DNA of 64,000 nucleotides from a plasmid: NCBI RefSeq assembly GCF_988243305.1, contig NZ_OZ547137.1; one strand, 5' to 3'. Shown piece by piece: positions 32,394 to 42,315 of this stretch (position 1 is its first letter; each line of letters starts with the position of its first letter). The notes under the pieces were generated by a model. It saw only the letters and a program-made list of their open reading frames with translations, ran no database searches and was not told where the DNA came from. The position numbers and the translations under genes were made by a program.

Positions 32394-32897
32394 TTAAAAA
32401 TCAACTGCAGCATGGACTATCATTGTATATTCGCCTGGTATTAATACTTGAGTTGTAGGGTCGACTGAAACACTTGCGTTCAGAAATTTGTTCCCGCTTG
32501 TCAATTTTTTATAAATTTTTGCATTACTTCCTTGGGCCACAAAATATGCACCTCCATCTATAGATGGATTCAATGTGTATTTTTGTTGTGCAACTTTAGT
32601 ATGCTGTAGGACCCACTTATTAGCGGTACCTGTTCCCCATAACCAGACCTTTGCACCGGCTTTAATACATTGATCACTTGTCGTTACTTTTGCGGAAAAT
32701 CCTATTCGTTTTGTTGACGATACACCAACAGTTTGTGGAGGAGTTGTAGTTATAGTAACAGGACAATCATTTGTAACGGTGAGGCGGATTGTCTCAGTTG
32801 TTTGTTGTGACGCAGCGTTAGCCCCCCCAGATAGAAGACTAACTAAACCCAAAGTAATGTATAGATTCTTTCTTCTCATATTTTTTAATGTTTTCAT
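32394..32897 (-). CDS. aggA: AAF major fimbrial subunit (AggA-type; variant not resolved)
   Basis: 167 aa with signal peptide; last gene of a contiguous chaperone-usher operon. Confidence 0.8.
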   Translation of the reverse strand: MKTLKNMRRKNLYITLGLVSLLSGGANAASQQTTETIRLTVTNDCPVTITTTPPQTVGVSSTKRIGFSAKVTTSDQCIKAGAKVWLWGTGTANKWVLQHTKVAQQKYTLNPSIDGGAYFVAQGSNAKIYKKLTSGNKFLNASVSVDPTTQVLIPGEYTMIVHAAVDF

Positions 32898-32998
32898 GTG
32901 TTTTCACCTATTGATATTGACATTGTTTTATAAAAAAGCATAGATCAAGATATTATTTATTATAGCTAATTAATTTTACCACTATTCATAAATAAGCT

Positions 32999-33436
32999 TT
33001 ATCCTCTTGATGTTATACATTCACCACTTACTGAAAATATATATTCTCCAGGGGCACTATACTGATTCCCGTCGGACATAATATCAAAGATAGCCTGTTT
33101 TTCTTCTCCTTGCCTGTATACTCCCCGTTGCCCTTCCCTCAAAGAAGATGACCACCCCCCACCCCCTATTTTGACTTTCAACTCATACTTGGTTTCTCTA
33201 TTGTTTTGTACAATATAATGACCAACTTTTCCATTCTGACTGGCATTTATCCATATATAAAATCCATTATGTGGTTCCCTACAGGCAATTCTTCCTGTTG
33301 CTAACTTCATACCATCACGTAATTGACTCTCTAGAGTTTTGTGACTTATCAACGTAATTTCTGCGGCATCTAATAAACCACTCATTACCATCACAAGTAC
33401 ACCGCAGGACATCGGTAATATGCTCTTTTTCAGCAT
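32999..33436 (-). CDS. aggB: AAF minor subunit (AggB-type)
   Basis: ~145 aa secreted protein between usher and major pilin; start taken at the Met of MLKKSILP. Confidence 0.75.
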   Translation of the reverse strand: MLKKSILPMSCGVLVMVMSGLLDAAEITLISHKTLESQLRDGMKLATGRIACREPHNGFYIWINASQNGKVGHYIVQNNRETKYELKVKIGGGGWSSSLREGQRGVYRQGEEKQAIFDIMSDGNQYSAPGEYIFSVSGECITSRG

Positions 33437-33449
33437 AACTTCCCTCCTG

Positions 33450-35978
33450 TTACATACACACTGCACGGGTCAGAAAAATTCCTGACATTCCCTTTTTTAG
33501 TGGCAGTTTGTAGTCCGCATAGCACTGACTGTTTGTCCCCCACTGCGCCTTCAGTTTTCCAGCCTCAGACAGCCCGCTTAGATACACCTTCCCCTTATCA
33601 TCTACAACACCTGCAGACTCAAATGCTTCTCCCGTTTTTCTTTCAAGGGTAACAACCGTACCAAATGGCAAAAGCGTTCCATCCTTACGGGTCAGTGTCA
33701 CCAGAGCACGATTACCCACACGAGTCTTAAATTCTGCTTGGACTAATGCTCCCTTAGTTGGAATAACACGCCTATCCGTTTGCGACACTTCTGTATTATC
33801 AGGAAAAGTTGTAGGATCAAGTGTAATAATATTCTCCTGATAAGGCGATACATGTCCTACCAATGTATATCCACGGAAATCAGTACTGACTCCAGGCCAG
33901 CCACCAACTGACGCTCCAGCTATTCCTGGTGCAGCAATTAAAGCCATTGTATCATCAGTTTTCTGACCAAATGCTATACCTCCACTATGTATAGCCATGC
34001 TTCCAGACGTCCCAACGTTCATCTGGCGTGTGTTACGATTGTAACTATACATTCCTGTTAGCTCGCCATAACCACCTGACCAGCGAAGATTCAATAGACT
34101 AGTATCTGCATCATATTTGCTACCAGGTACTATCTGTTCACGTATATCCCAGTATAGCTTTTGTCCAAAGGCACGTCCGTTTAACCCCGTTTCATAAAGT
34201 GTATTTTGTCCCGTGATACGCTGTATCTGTGCTGTAGCTGTTACCCCTTTATCATCCCCCCCCAACCAGCGTTTCATAGGAATACTCATCCAGAGGTTTA
34301 AATTATTTTCCGTGCGTAAACTGTTGCTATAATAATCTCCGATATTATTATTGCGTGACCAATTTACTGCGAAGGTAATACCTTTCCATGAATTACTATA
34401 AGATGCACCTATATAATCCTGCTTTACTTTATCACGATATTCATCACGCCCGCCGTTTAGCGCAACAGATCCCCACTCACCAAGCGCTTGACTTATGTTT
34501 ATTGTGGTCCGCCGAATTCTATTATCATAACTCCTGTATGCAGTACCATTACGATAAGTATCCAATACGTCCGCCAATGAATGGTAACCTGCACTTGAAT
34601 CTTGATAACCTGCAGCAAAACTAGTCCCTGTTAGCTCAAAGGACTTATCATAACGGACGCGCCAAGTTTTTCCTATTTCATTACTATATCCCTTTTGTTG
34701 TCCTCGAGAATAAATCGTGTCTAGTGATATAGACCCGAAGCCTCCCAATGACAAACCTAATCCCAATGCATTACCCTGATAATGTTCACTTACTTGGATT
34801 CCACCAAACGCTGTCAACGACCATGGTAAACCATACATAGCCGTCAATTGTCCCAGATATGCTCCTTCGATACTATCGTCAGATGGACGGTATTCTCCAA
34901 CTGTTACATTGTATTTCAAATATCCTTCACGAAGAGCAATAGCCGGAGTAGTAAATGGCACATTAAAAGTCTGTATAGTGCCGTCTGACTCTAATACCCA
35001 AACTTGCAAGTCACCACCGTTCCCCGTCACTGGAAGATCTGTTAAGGCAAAAGCCCCTGGTGAGACGATACGACTCTGTATTAGATAGCCATTTTGACGT
35101 ACTTCTATTCGTGCTTGGGTTCGGGCAATACCTCTCACTACAGGAGCAAATTCACGTTGATTATATGGCACCATATTTTCATCAGATCCTAACATTCCCC
35201 CACGAAAAGGAACACTGTCAAAAATATCTGATGGTGTATAGTCATCCCCAAACGTCAAACGACTTTTTATATTGTTTAACCCACGCTCAACACGAATATA
35301 TGAGCTTTCCCACTTTCCTGACTGCCCGGAAGACTTATTCCAAGTTGTCAGATTTCTGATTCGCCAAGATCCGAGATTGATTCCAGGTTCCAAACTGGCC
35401 CAAAAATTGTCTGAAGAATTTCGAGTATTACTTCTATACTCCCAATGACTCCCCTCTACTTGCCAGTTCAACAAAAATGCTGATATACCATCATCCCACA
35501 TTGTTTCATGGGCAATGCCTGTCAATGGTGGGCGGATCGCAACTTGTGGAATTCCGAGTATTAGTTGCTGTTTTATAAAATGATAGTCTTCTGTAGCTTG
35601 GGGGATCACTGATAAATCAGCACAATCGCTACTGTCTCTATTTTTTTCACTATTTTGCCGAAAAAGATTAGGGTATTTTTCTATTTTTACTCCGTAATTA
35701 ATCAAAATATCTCGAGTTAAACAGGGTTTCAGGTAATATTCACCATGCCTATTTTTTTTTGTGTAAAAGAATATATCCCTTGAATCAATACGCGAACCAT
35801 TTAAAATTATATCAACCGGATAAATACCAGGCAACTGCCCTCCTTTCTCAAGTAGAGTTAAGTCTATCCCCCCGCTACCATGGTTTAATAAAGAGGCATC
35901 AAATGAAAATGTATGTGCGATTACATTTTCTATTCGAAAACACAAAAGAATGACTATTATGAAAGATGATGTTTTCAT
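33450..35978 (-). CDS. aggC: AAF fimbrial usher (AggC-type)
   Basis: ~840 aa outer-membrane usher with signal peptide; start taken at MKTSSFIIVILLCF. Confidence 0.85.
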   Translation of the reverse strand: MKTSSFIIVILLCFRIENVIAHTFSFDASLLNHGSGGIDLTLLEKGGQLPGIYPVDIILNGSRIDSRDIFFYTKKNRHGEYYLKPCLTRDILINYGVKIEKYPNLFRQNSEKNRDSSDCADLSVIPQATEDYHFIKQQLILGIPQVAIRPPLTGIAHETMWDDGISAFLLNWQVEGSHWEYRSNTRNSSDNFWASLEPGINLGSWRIRNLTTWNKSSGQSGKWESSYIRVERGLNNIKSRLTFGDDYTPSDIFDSVPFRGGMLGSDENMVPYNQREFAPVVRGIARTQARIEVRQNGYLIQSRIVSPGAFALTDLPVTGNGGDLQVWVLESDGTIQTFNVPFTTPAIALREGYLKYNVTVGEYRPSDDSIEGAYLGQLTAMYGLPWSLTAFGGIQVSEHYQGNALGLGLSLGGFGSISLDTIYSRGQQKGYSNEIGKTWRVRYDKSFELTGTSFAAGYQDSSAGYHSLADVLDTYRNGTAYRSYDNRIRRTTINISQALGEWGSVALNGGRDEYRDKVKQDYIGASYSNSWKGITFAVNWSRNNNIGDYYSNSLRTENNLNLWMSIPMKRWLGGDDKGVTATAQIQRITGQNTLYETGLNGRAFGQKLYWDIREQIVPGSKYDADTSLLNLRWSGGYGELTGMYSYNRNTRQMNVGTSGSMAIHSGGIAFGQKTDDTMALIAAPGIAGASVGGWPGVSTDFRGYTLVGHVSPYQENIITLDPTTFPDNTEVSQTDRRVIPTKGALVQAEFKTRVGNRALVTLTRKDGTLLPFGTVVTLERKTGEAFESAGVVDDKGKVYLSGLSEAGKLKAQWGTNSQCYADYKLPLKKGMSGIFLTRAVCM

Positions 35979-35991
35979 ATATAAAACATGA

Positions 35992-36750
35992 TTAAATATT
36001 AAGCCCTGTTTCAAATGTTTTACTAATACCACCGTAATCAGTTACCACTTTCCATCGAACGTCCCCCCCCCCATTTACAGGCATCGGATATTCGTAAGAA
36101 GAAAAAGGAGCTATATAATGGGTTTCAGTTATTTCTTTTTCACCTACTCTCAACTCAGCAATGTCCATATAGAATGGCGTTGGGTTTACTCCTTTTAATT
36201 TATTTCCGACTTTTTGCCACTTGATTTTTCCTGCTACATCATCTGGTTGCCCTTTCACATCTGCCGGACGAACGAATAGTTTAATGCAACTGCTTACTGA
36301 AACTTGTATATTCATAGTTGCTTCATCTGATTTTTTTCCGCTAACTTCTTCTTTAGCCCATTTGTCCTCATATTTTGGAGGAATCGCCTTTACACAGATC
36401 CATTGTAGACTTTCACGATCTATTGGAAAAGTTCCTTCTGTTTTGACAATACGAAGGCGGCTTGATTGTAGAGCATCAAGTCGAAATAACGGAGGTGTAA
36501 TTATAAAAGGTGCAATAGTTTTTTGATCCTCTGATAATACATTCGCTTGGACTAATATAGGATAGTTATGTTCATTAATAACTGCCAATGTTTCTCCAGA
36601 AGAATTCGGCTTATAAAGCATACGTGTTGCACCTAAATGCAAAGAAAATACTTTGGCGTTATTCTCCACATTTTCAAATGATTGGGCATGCGCAAAAGTA
36701 AAAACACTTAATGCTATAGCTATTGTTGAAACTATTCTTCGAATCTTCAT
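35992..36750 (-). CDS. aggD: AAF periplasmic chaperone (AggD-type)
   Basis: ~250 aa PapD-like chaperone with signal peptide; ATG at 36748-36750 (ORF track starts at an upstream GTG). Confidence 0.85.
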   Translation of the reverse strand: MKIRRIVSTIAIALSVFTFAHAQSFENVENNAKVFSLHLGATRMLYKPNSSGETLAVINEHNYPILVQANVLSEDQKTIAPFIITPPLFRLDALQSSRLRIVKTEGTFPIDRESLQWICVKAIPPKYEDKWAKEEVSGKKSDEATMNIQVSVSSCIKLFVRPADVKGQPDDVAGKIKWQKVGNKLKGVNPTPFYMDIAELRVGEKEITETHYIAPFSSYEYPMPVNGGGDVRWKVVTDYGGISKTFETGLNI

Positions 36751-36760
36751 CGCTATCACT

Positions 36761-36808
36761 TGGACTTGAACTTGAACTTGAACTTGAACTTGAACTTGAA
36801 CTTGAACT
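36761..36808. repeat. perfect hexanucleotide tandem repeat (CTTGAA)x8
   Basis: cttgaacttgaacttgaa... read directly; lies 11 bp upstream of the chaperone ATG on the coding strand. Confidence 0.95.
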
Positions 36809-36961
36809 TGATTATATAAAGACTCAAATCATATAACGCTAAAAAAATAGCAATATTTAACATATTTCAATCTTCTAACACTAGGATTCCGCCCCCATTT
36901 TCTCCAAAAATTACACTTTTCGCATAAAGATAATTATTTATCATGTTATTAGCTAGGCCGT

Positions 36962-37040
36962 CCCGGAAATCCTGGAAACTAAACGCCCTGAAAGAGGTAA
37001 ATAGGATGACGAAAAATACACGTTTTCCCCCGAAGTCCGT
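36962..37040 (+). mobile_element. IS629-like left-end fragment (degenerate)
   Basis: cccggaaatcctggaaactaaacgccctgaaagaggtaaataggatgacgaaaaatacacgttttcccccgaagtccgt parallels the IS629-like ends at 14748 and 25574. Confidence 0.6.
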
Positions 37041-37506
37041 TAAGGGGATGTGGACGATTTCCTGAACCACGGCAGCCTGGAGGCTGCAAATCGGGGTGTG
37101 GCAGAATATGAGCTTTCAGAGTAACCATCCAGAATGAGTTCCCATGTCACACAACCTGAAGCACCAGAATGGTGAAAGAGGTTCTGAAAGCCGTCGCCAG
37201 AGCCAATAATCCCCCTTATCAGTCCGTATTTGCAGACTTTATCGCCGGTCATCCCTCCTGCACGGTCTGTTTCTGGGAAACCTTCCACAAAATGTACCCG
37301 GATTCACCGTACGAATACGTCACGTTCTGCCATACCTGCCGTCGTTTTGTATTTATACGAAACAGAAGCGGAGATGAAGGCGGATGACCCGAAGTGGTGG
37401 TGATTTTCAGCCTCGTCCGCTGAAATGCTGGCTGACCGAAGACGAAATCAGGGCCGTTCTTGATGCGGTGCGCGATGCAGTATGCAGTGTCAGTTGCCGG
37501 GTGGCA

Positions 37507-37555
37507 GAAGATGGGGGTTCGCGCCCATTTACTCCCAAAGTCTCACCTTGCTTAT
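37507..37555 (+). repeat. left copy of a ~45-bp inverted repeat flanking the serine recombinase gene
   Basis: gggggttcgcgcccatttactcccaaagtctc matches the reverse complement of 38101..38145 at ~85%. Confidence 0.7.
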
Positions 37556-37569
37556 GTAATTAATTGAAT

Positions 37570-38181
37570 TTATTTAGAAAACGTTGCAATTTTAGCATCA
37601 TTTTTTATTGTTCTTTTTAACCTGAAGTACGTCGATCGAGAGATACCTGTTTTTTCTGTCACACTGCCCAGAGATTCTCCCTGTGATATAAGCTCCAACG
37701 CTGTAGGCGTTCGTGGATGCTTCTTCCTGCCAAATTTTACGCCTGCGGCAAGTGCCGCTATTCTTCCGCCGTTTGTCCGCTCCAGAATACGCTCACGTTC
37801 CGCTTCAGCTACAGCAGCAAGGATTTGGATAACCATTTTGCCCATTGTCCCTTCTGTACTGAGACCGTTCTCCAGGAACCGGATGGCGATCCCCTTTTTG
37901 TAACAGCTATCAACCACACGGATCATGTCAGCAGTGTTACGCCCCAGTCGGTCCATTTTTGTACAGATGATTACGTCGTCTTTCTCTGCACGGGCCAACA
38001 ACCGCTGTAGTCCTTCCCGTTCATCAGTTGCGCCAGTCATAATATCCGTAAAAATACGATCTTCCCGTACCCCGGCATTTTTTAGCTCCGAGATTTGATG
38101 TGCTAAGAGAGAGACTTTTGGAGGAAATGGGCGCAGAACCCCATAATGGTGCGCCGCAGAGAGCCTGCTCACTGATACCAT
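37570..38181 (-). CDS. serine recombinase (resolvase/invertase family) with aberrant N-terminus
   Basis: Core motifs DRIFTD, KMDRLGRNTADM and C-terminal HTH; the N-terminus YGVLRPFPPKVSLLAHQ replaces the expected YARVSTxxQ catalytic-serine motif. Confidence 0.75.
   Translation of the reverse strand: MVSVSRLSAAHHYGVLRPFPPKVSLLAHQISELKNAGVREDRIFTDIMTGATDEREGLQRLLARAEKDDVIICTKMDRLGRNTADMIRVVDSCYKKGIAIRFLENGLSTEGTMGKMVIQILAAVAEAERERILERTNGGRIAALAAGVKFGRKKHPRTPTALELISQGESLGSVTEKTGISRSTYFRLKRTIKNDAKIATFSK
38101..38150 (-). repeat. right copy of the inverted repeat, inside the 5-prime coding region of the recombinase ORF
   Basis: rc reads ggggttctgcgcccatttcctccaaaagtctctc. Confidence 0.7.
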
Positions 38182-38267
38182 GCACAGCGGCGGCCTGCGC
38201 CCCGATGGCGACCGTGGGCTTCAGTCTGGTTTCAAATACCACCTGACCGGACGCATCGGTCAGGCCG

Positions 38268-38645
38268 TTGTTTGCCGATCGTTGCCAGGCCGGTTTTCCT
38301 TCGCCTGCCACTGATTATGCTGAGCAGGAACTGGATCTGAACAGCTATTGCATCAGCAGACCTGCAGCCACCTTCTTTCTGCGCGCCAGCGGTAAATCGA
38401 TGAACCAGGCTGGCGTGCAGAATGGTGATCTGCTGGTAGTGGACAGGGCCGAAAAACCACAACACGGGGACATCGTTATCGCTGAGATCGACGGTGAGTT
38501 CACCGTCAAACGACTGCTGTTGCGCCCACGCCCGGCACTGGAGCTGGTTTCAGACAGCCCGGAGTTCCGCACACTGTATCCGGAAAACATCTGTATTTTT
38601 GGTGTTGTCACTCACGTGATACACAGGACGCGGGAGTTACGCTGA
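38268..38645 (+). pseudogene. UmuD/MucA/ImpA-like SOS mutagenesis protein (S24 peptidase), 5-prime truncated
   Basis: GFPSPATDYAEQELDLN...ASGKSM...GDLLVVDRA matches UmuD from about its cleavage site onward; no in-frame ATG, only a TTG start; upstream in-frame stop. Confidence 0.7.
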
Positions 38646-39773
38646 TGTTTGCACTGGCTGATATCAACAGTTTCTACGCCTCATGTGAAAAAGTTTTCCG
38701 CCCGGACCTTCGCAACGAACCGGTCATCGTACTCAGCAATAACGATGGCTGTGTGATCGCGCGCAGCCCGGAGGCAAAAGCCCTTGGCATCAGAATGGGG
38801 CAGCCCTGGTTTCAGGTGAGACAAACGCGCCTGGAGAAGAAAATACATGTATTTTCCAGCAATTATGCGCTATACCACAGCATGAGCCAACGGGTTATGG
38901 CTGTTCTGGAGTCGCTTTCTCCCGCAGTTGAGCCCTACTCAATTGATGAAATGTTCATTGATTTGCGGGGGATAAATCATTGCATCTCTCCGGAGTTTTT
39001 TGGTCATCAGCTCAGGGAACAGGTAAAGAGCTGGACAGGACTCACCATGGGGGTGGGCATTGCGCCTACAAAAACGCTGGCTAAAAGTGCACAGTGGGCA
39101 ACAAAGCAATGGCCACAGTTTTCCGGTGTGGTCGCGCTGACGGCAGAAAACCGTAATCGGATCTTGAAGCTACTGGGGCTGCAGCCAGTTGGTGAGGTCT
39201 GGGGAGTAGGACGCAGACTGACGGAAAAGCTGAATGCGCTGGGTATTAACACAGCACTGCAGCTGGCGCAGGCGAACACGGCATTCATCCGGAAAAACTT
39301 CAGCGTCATTCTTGAGCGTACGGTACGCGAACTCAACGGCGAGTCCTGCATATCCCTGGAAGAAGCACCACCGGCAAAACAGCAGATTGTCTGTAGTCGC
39401 AGTTTTGGTGAACGAATCACAGACAAAGATGCCATGCACCAGGCTGTTGTTCAGTATGCTGAGCGGGCCGCAGAGAAACTACGTGGGGAGCGTCAGTATT
39501 GCCGCCGCATGCAGAGCCTTAAACCATGTCTGGCGTGAAGGGTACCGCTATATGAAGGCAGGAGTCATGCTGGCTGATTTCACACCATCGGGTATAGCGC
39601 AGCCGGGATTATTTGATGAAATCCAGCCCCGTAAAAACAGTGAAAAGTTAATGAAAACACTCGATGAACTGAACCAGTCGGGAAAAGGGAAAGTGTGGTT
39701 TGCGGGGCGAGGAACCGCCCCTGAATGGCAAATGAAACAGGAAATGCTATCGCCTTCGTATACAACACAATAG
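38645..39773 (+). pseudogene. UmuC/MucB/ImpB-like Y-family DNA polymerase, frameshifted near 39480-39540
   Basis: ORF 38645..39538 has MFALADINSFYASCEKVFRPDLRNEPVIVLSNNDGCVIARSPEAKALGI; the C-terminal part (YRYMKAGVMLADF...WQMKQEMLSPSYTT) is in another frame (39234..39773). Confidence 0.8.
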
Positions 39774-39804
39774 ACTGAGATCCCCATTGCTTCATTCTGA
39801 TATA

Positions 39805-40233
39805 TCAGAATAATTTTTTCATTTTAAGACGCACATCATTCATTGCCTCCTGCACCGAATCAGTAGCAGAAGGAGGCATTTTTTCAGCAGATTGCGAAGC
39901 ACCGAGTTCAGTCAACACAGCTCTGATATCGGCCTGAGAAGGCTTCCATCCAGTCGTCTGACTGAGTAAGGTTACAACCTGATCTGCTGAAAACTCCTCG
40001 CTCAAAATGGCAGTCAGCAATACAGGCAGGCGAGGATCAAGTTGGTGTAACGCCATTCCAGAAATAAATGCATTCCGGAACAGCTCACCACGCTCAGAAC
40101 GCGGAACGGACTCTATCGCTTCCAAAGTTTGAAAGTCTGCAGCTTTTTCCGGATGCAGATAAAGTGTGTATTTTTTCCTTTTCCGTTCATCGTCCACAAT
40201 ATTACTCCTCTTTGAAAGCCGCGATAGCTTCAA
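39805..40233 (-). CDS. stbB: ParR/StbB-like partition adaptor (downstream of the ParM-like gene)
   Basis: Small protein directly downstream of and overlapping the actin-like ATPase gene; start uncertain. Confidence 0.65.
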   Translation of the reverse strand: MKLSRLSKRSNIVDDERKRKKYTLYLHPEKAADFQTLEAIESVPRSERGELFRNAFISGMALHQLDPRLPVLLTAILSEEFSADQVVTLLSQTTGWKPSQADIRAVLTELGASQSAEKMPPSATDSVQEAMNDVRLKMKKLF

Positions 40234-41173
40234 CCAGTGCTGTCTGTGGCGACTCCATCATCACTACTTTTTGCCCAAGATGGTGCCATGCCGTTTTTAT
40301 CGAATCATAGATCAACGGGGCCCCACCACCGACAACATAAACACGATTCACATGATGGAAATCACCGAGCTCATTGACTACTTGCTCCCCCAAACTGGCA
40401 ATAGCCCCCTCAATGGTATTAAGGACCAGATCAGTTTTTGTTTCGTCATTTATAACCTGCCGAACAAAGTCCGGGTCATTACGACGTTTAATCAATTCAT
40501 CTGCAACGAGGAAACTGGTATCACTGGATGCCATGCGCAATGCACTCATTGCAGCTTTCGTAACTGAAGACACACCAATGCCAGAATTACCATGAATGGC
40601 ACTTACAGAGTCAAATTGACCAACGATAACACCAACATCAAGCGTAGTGCCGCCAATATCAACTACCAGCGATTTTTCGAACTGACCAACTTTATCCACG
40701 ACCAGACGAGAAAACACAGCTGGCAATGATTCAGGCATCACATCAACGTGTTCAATGGTGAAAACATCGCCTTTATTAAGACGAATCGGCCTCATTAAAT
40801 TCTCAATTTTACGCTGAATGTTGAGTTCATTTTTTTGACACTCTTTCGTATAGAACTCACTGATAGGCAAAGTCACAGTCAATGATACAGGCTGAGGCGC
40901 TAATCCACTATTCAGTAAAGCGTGATGCACAGCTAACAGGTTAACATCCGTATATTGATACTCAATATGAGTCGTAAGAATAGATTGGTTGCTAACTTCA
41001 TCATACGTGTATTTTTTACCATCCAGTTCATAGTTAAATGTCTGGCGAATTCCTAACCCGTCAACCTTCCATCCATGACGAAATGAGTTTTGCGACAACG
41101 ACTTACAGATTTCCCCATTATCATTCCATGCCAACTTGATTGTTGTTGAACCATCATCGCAGTATACGTTCAT
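40202..41173 (-). CDS. stbA: ParM/StbA actin-like plasmid segregation ATPase
   Basis: 323 aa, N-terminal DDGSTTIKL phosphate-binding motif and DIGGTTLD; ParM-like. Confidence 0.85.
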   Translation of the reverse strand: MNVYCDDGSTTIKLAWNDNGEICKSLSQNSFRHGWKVDGLGIRQTFNYELDGKKYTYDEVSNQSILTTHIEYQYTDVNLLAVHHALLNSGLAPQPVSLTVTLPISEFYTKECQKNELNIQRKIENLMRPIRLNKGDVFTIEHVDVMPESLPAVFSRLVVDKVGQFEKSLVVDIGGTTLDVGVIVGQFDSVSAIHGNSGIGVSSVTKAAMSALRMASSDTSFLVADELIKRRNDPDFVRQVINDETKTDLVLNTIEGAIASLGEQVVNELGDFHHVNRVYVVGGGAPLIYDSIKTAWHHLGQKVVMMESPQTALVEAIAAFKEE

Positions 41174-41401
41174 CTATAGCCCCTTAAATACTCAATCTGA
41201 GTAAATCATTGTTTCTGGTTGCAAGGTAATACTCAATTTGAGCACCATCATAGTTATGAAATCACAAAACACAAGTATTATTTATTACATCACATGACAC
41301 ACTTCATATTTCATACTTCATAAATATGAACATATATTGACACCTCAGGTTACCGTGTCAAAATATCATCATACTTCACACATCACATTTATGAGGTTGC
41401 A

Positions 41402-42046
41402 ATGATTACTGTAGTTGGTGGGAACAAAGGTGGTTCAGGGAAAACTACCATTGCATCAAACCTGGCTATTGCTCTCGCAAATAAAGGAAGGGAAGTCTGC
41501 CTGTTAAACGGAGATCTACAACGAACAGCCGCAAAACATCATGCGGAACGAGAAGCTGCAGGACTGTTACCAGCAATAACCCTTGTTGAGAAATTTGATA
41601 ACCTGACACAAACACTACAGGCTCTGAATGAAAAGTTCGATGATGTAATAGTGGATGTCGCAGGAAGAAACTCAAAGGAATTCATAACGAGTGGAGTTGT
41701 CGCACATCAAATAATTGCGCCACTACAGTGTTCTCAACCAGATCTGGATACTCTTACAGAACTAGAACAACAGATAGACGCAATGCGTAACCTTAACCCG
41801 GAACTTAAGGTTTATTGTTTACAAAGTATGGCAACAACCAATCCGGTTTTGAGGGGAAATGAGAGAAAAGAATTCCTTGAATATCTTGAAGAATTCCCAA
41901 CAATTCAAGTCCTTGATTCAGTTATTTGTTTCAGAAAAGTCTATCGCGATTGCATGAGCAACGGCACCGGTGTAGTAGAAACGAACAATACAGCAGCCAA
42001 AGCAGAAATTGAACATTTAATGAATGAGGTATTTGGCCCATGGTGA
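41402..42046 (+). CDS. ParA/ParF-family partition ATPase
   Basis: Deviant Walker A GGNKGGSGKTT; 214 aa. Confidence 0.8.
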   Translation: MITVVGGNKGGSGKTTIASNLAIALANKGREVCLLNGDLQRTAAKHHAEREAAGLLPAITLVEKFDNLTQTLQALNEKFDDVIVDVAGRNSKEFITSGVVAHQIIAPLQCSQPDLDTLTELEQQIDAMRNLNPELKVYCLQSMATTNPVLRGNERKEFLEYLEEFPTIQVLDSVICFRKVYRDCMSNGTGVVETNNTAAKAEIEHLMNEVFGPW

Positions 42047-42315
42047 AGAAACCCAGCCAGCAAGCATTAAACAGAGCTGCAGTTACGGTAGAACAAGCAG
42101 AGGCTCTGGCTCAGCGCCTTGCGGATAAACCATACGGCGCGCCGGAAAAACCCGAACCAGAAAAACAATGTCGGACGACAATCTCTCTTGGTGAAAGCAT
42201 GCTTGTCACAATAGAAGATCTGGCATTGAGGAATAAACGCAATGGTAAAGATCCAAAAAATGTAAGTGCCATCGTCAGAGTAGCCCTTGAGCAATACTTA
42301 AAAACACTAACGTAA
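42040..42315 (+). CDS. ParG-like small partition/DNA-binding protein
   Basis: 91 aa, overlaps the ParA-like gene end; C-terminal RHH-like region VSAIVRVALEQYLK. Confidence 0.6.
   Translation: MVKKPSQQALNRAAVTVEQAEALAQRLADKPYGAPEKPEPEKQCRTTISLGESMLVTIEDLALRNKRNGKDPKNVSAIVRVALEQYLKTLT

Noticed and set aside
34388-35953. Plus-strand ORFs 34388..34624, 35060..35359 and 35759..35953 inside the usher gene
   Set aside because: Embedded antisense in a long, well-supported usher ORF; no start context or family resemblance.
36761-36808. Possibility that the (CTTGAA)x8 array is a CRISPR array or encodes a peptide repeat
   Set aside because: Units are 6 bp with no spacers, so not CRISPR. An in-frame stop lies between the repeat and any upstream start, and the in-frame reading reaches only a GTG just before the ATG, so it is treated as non-coding.
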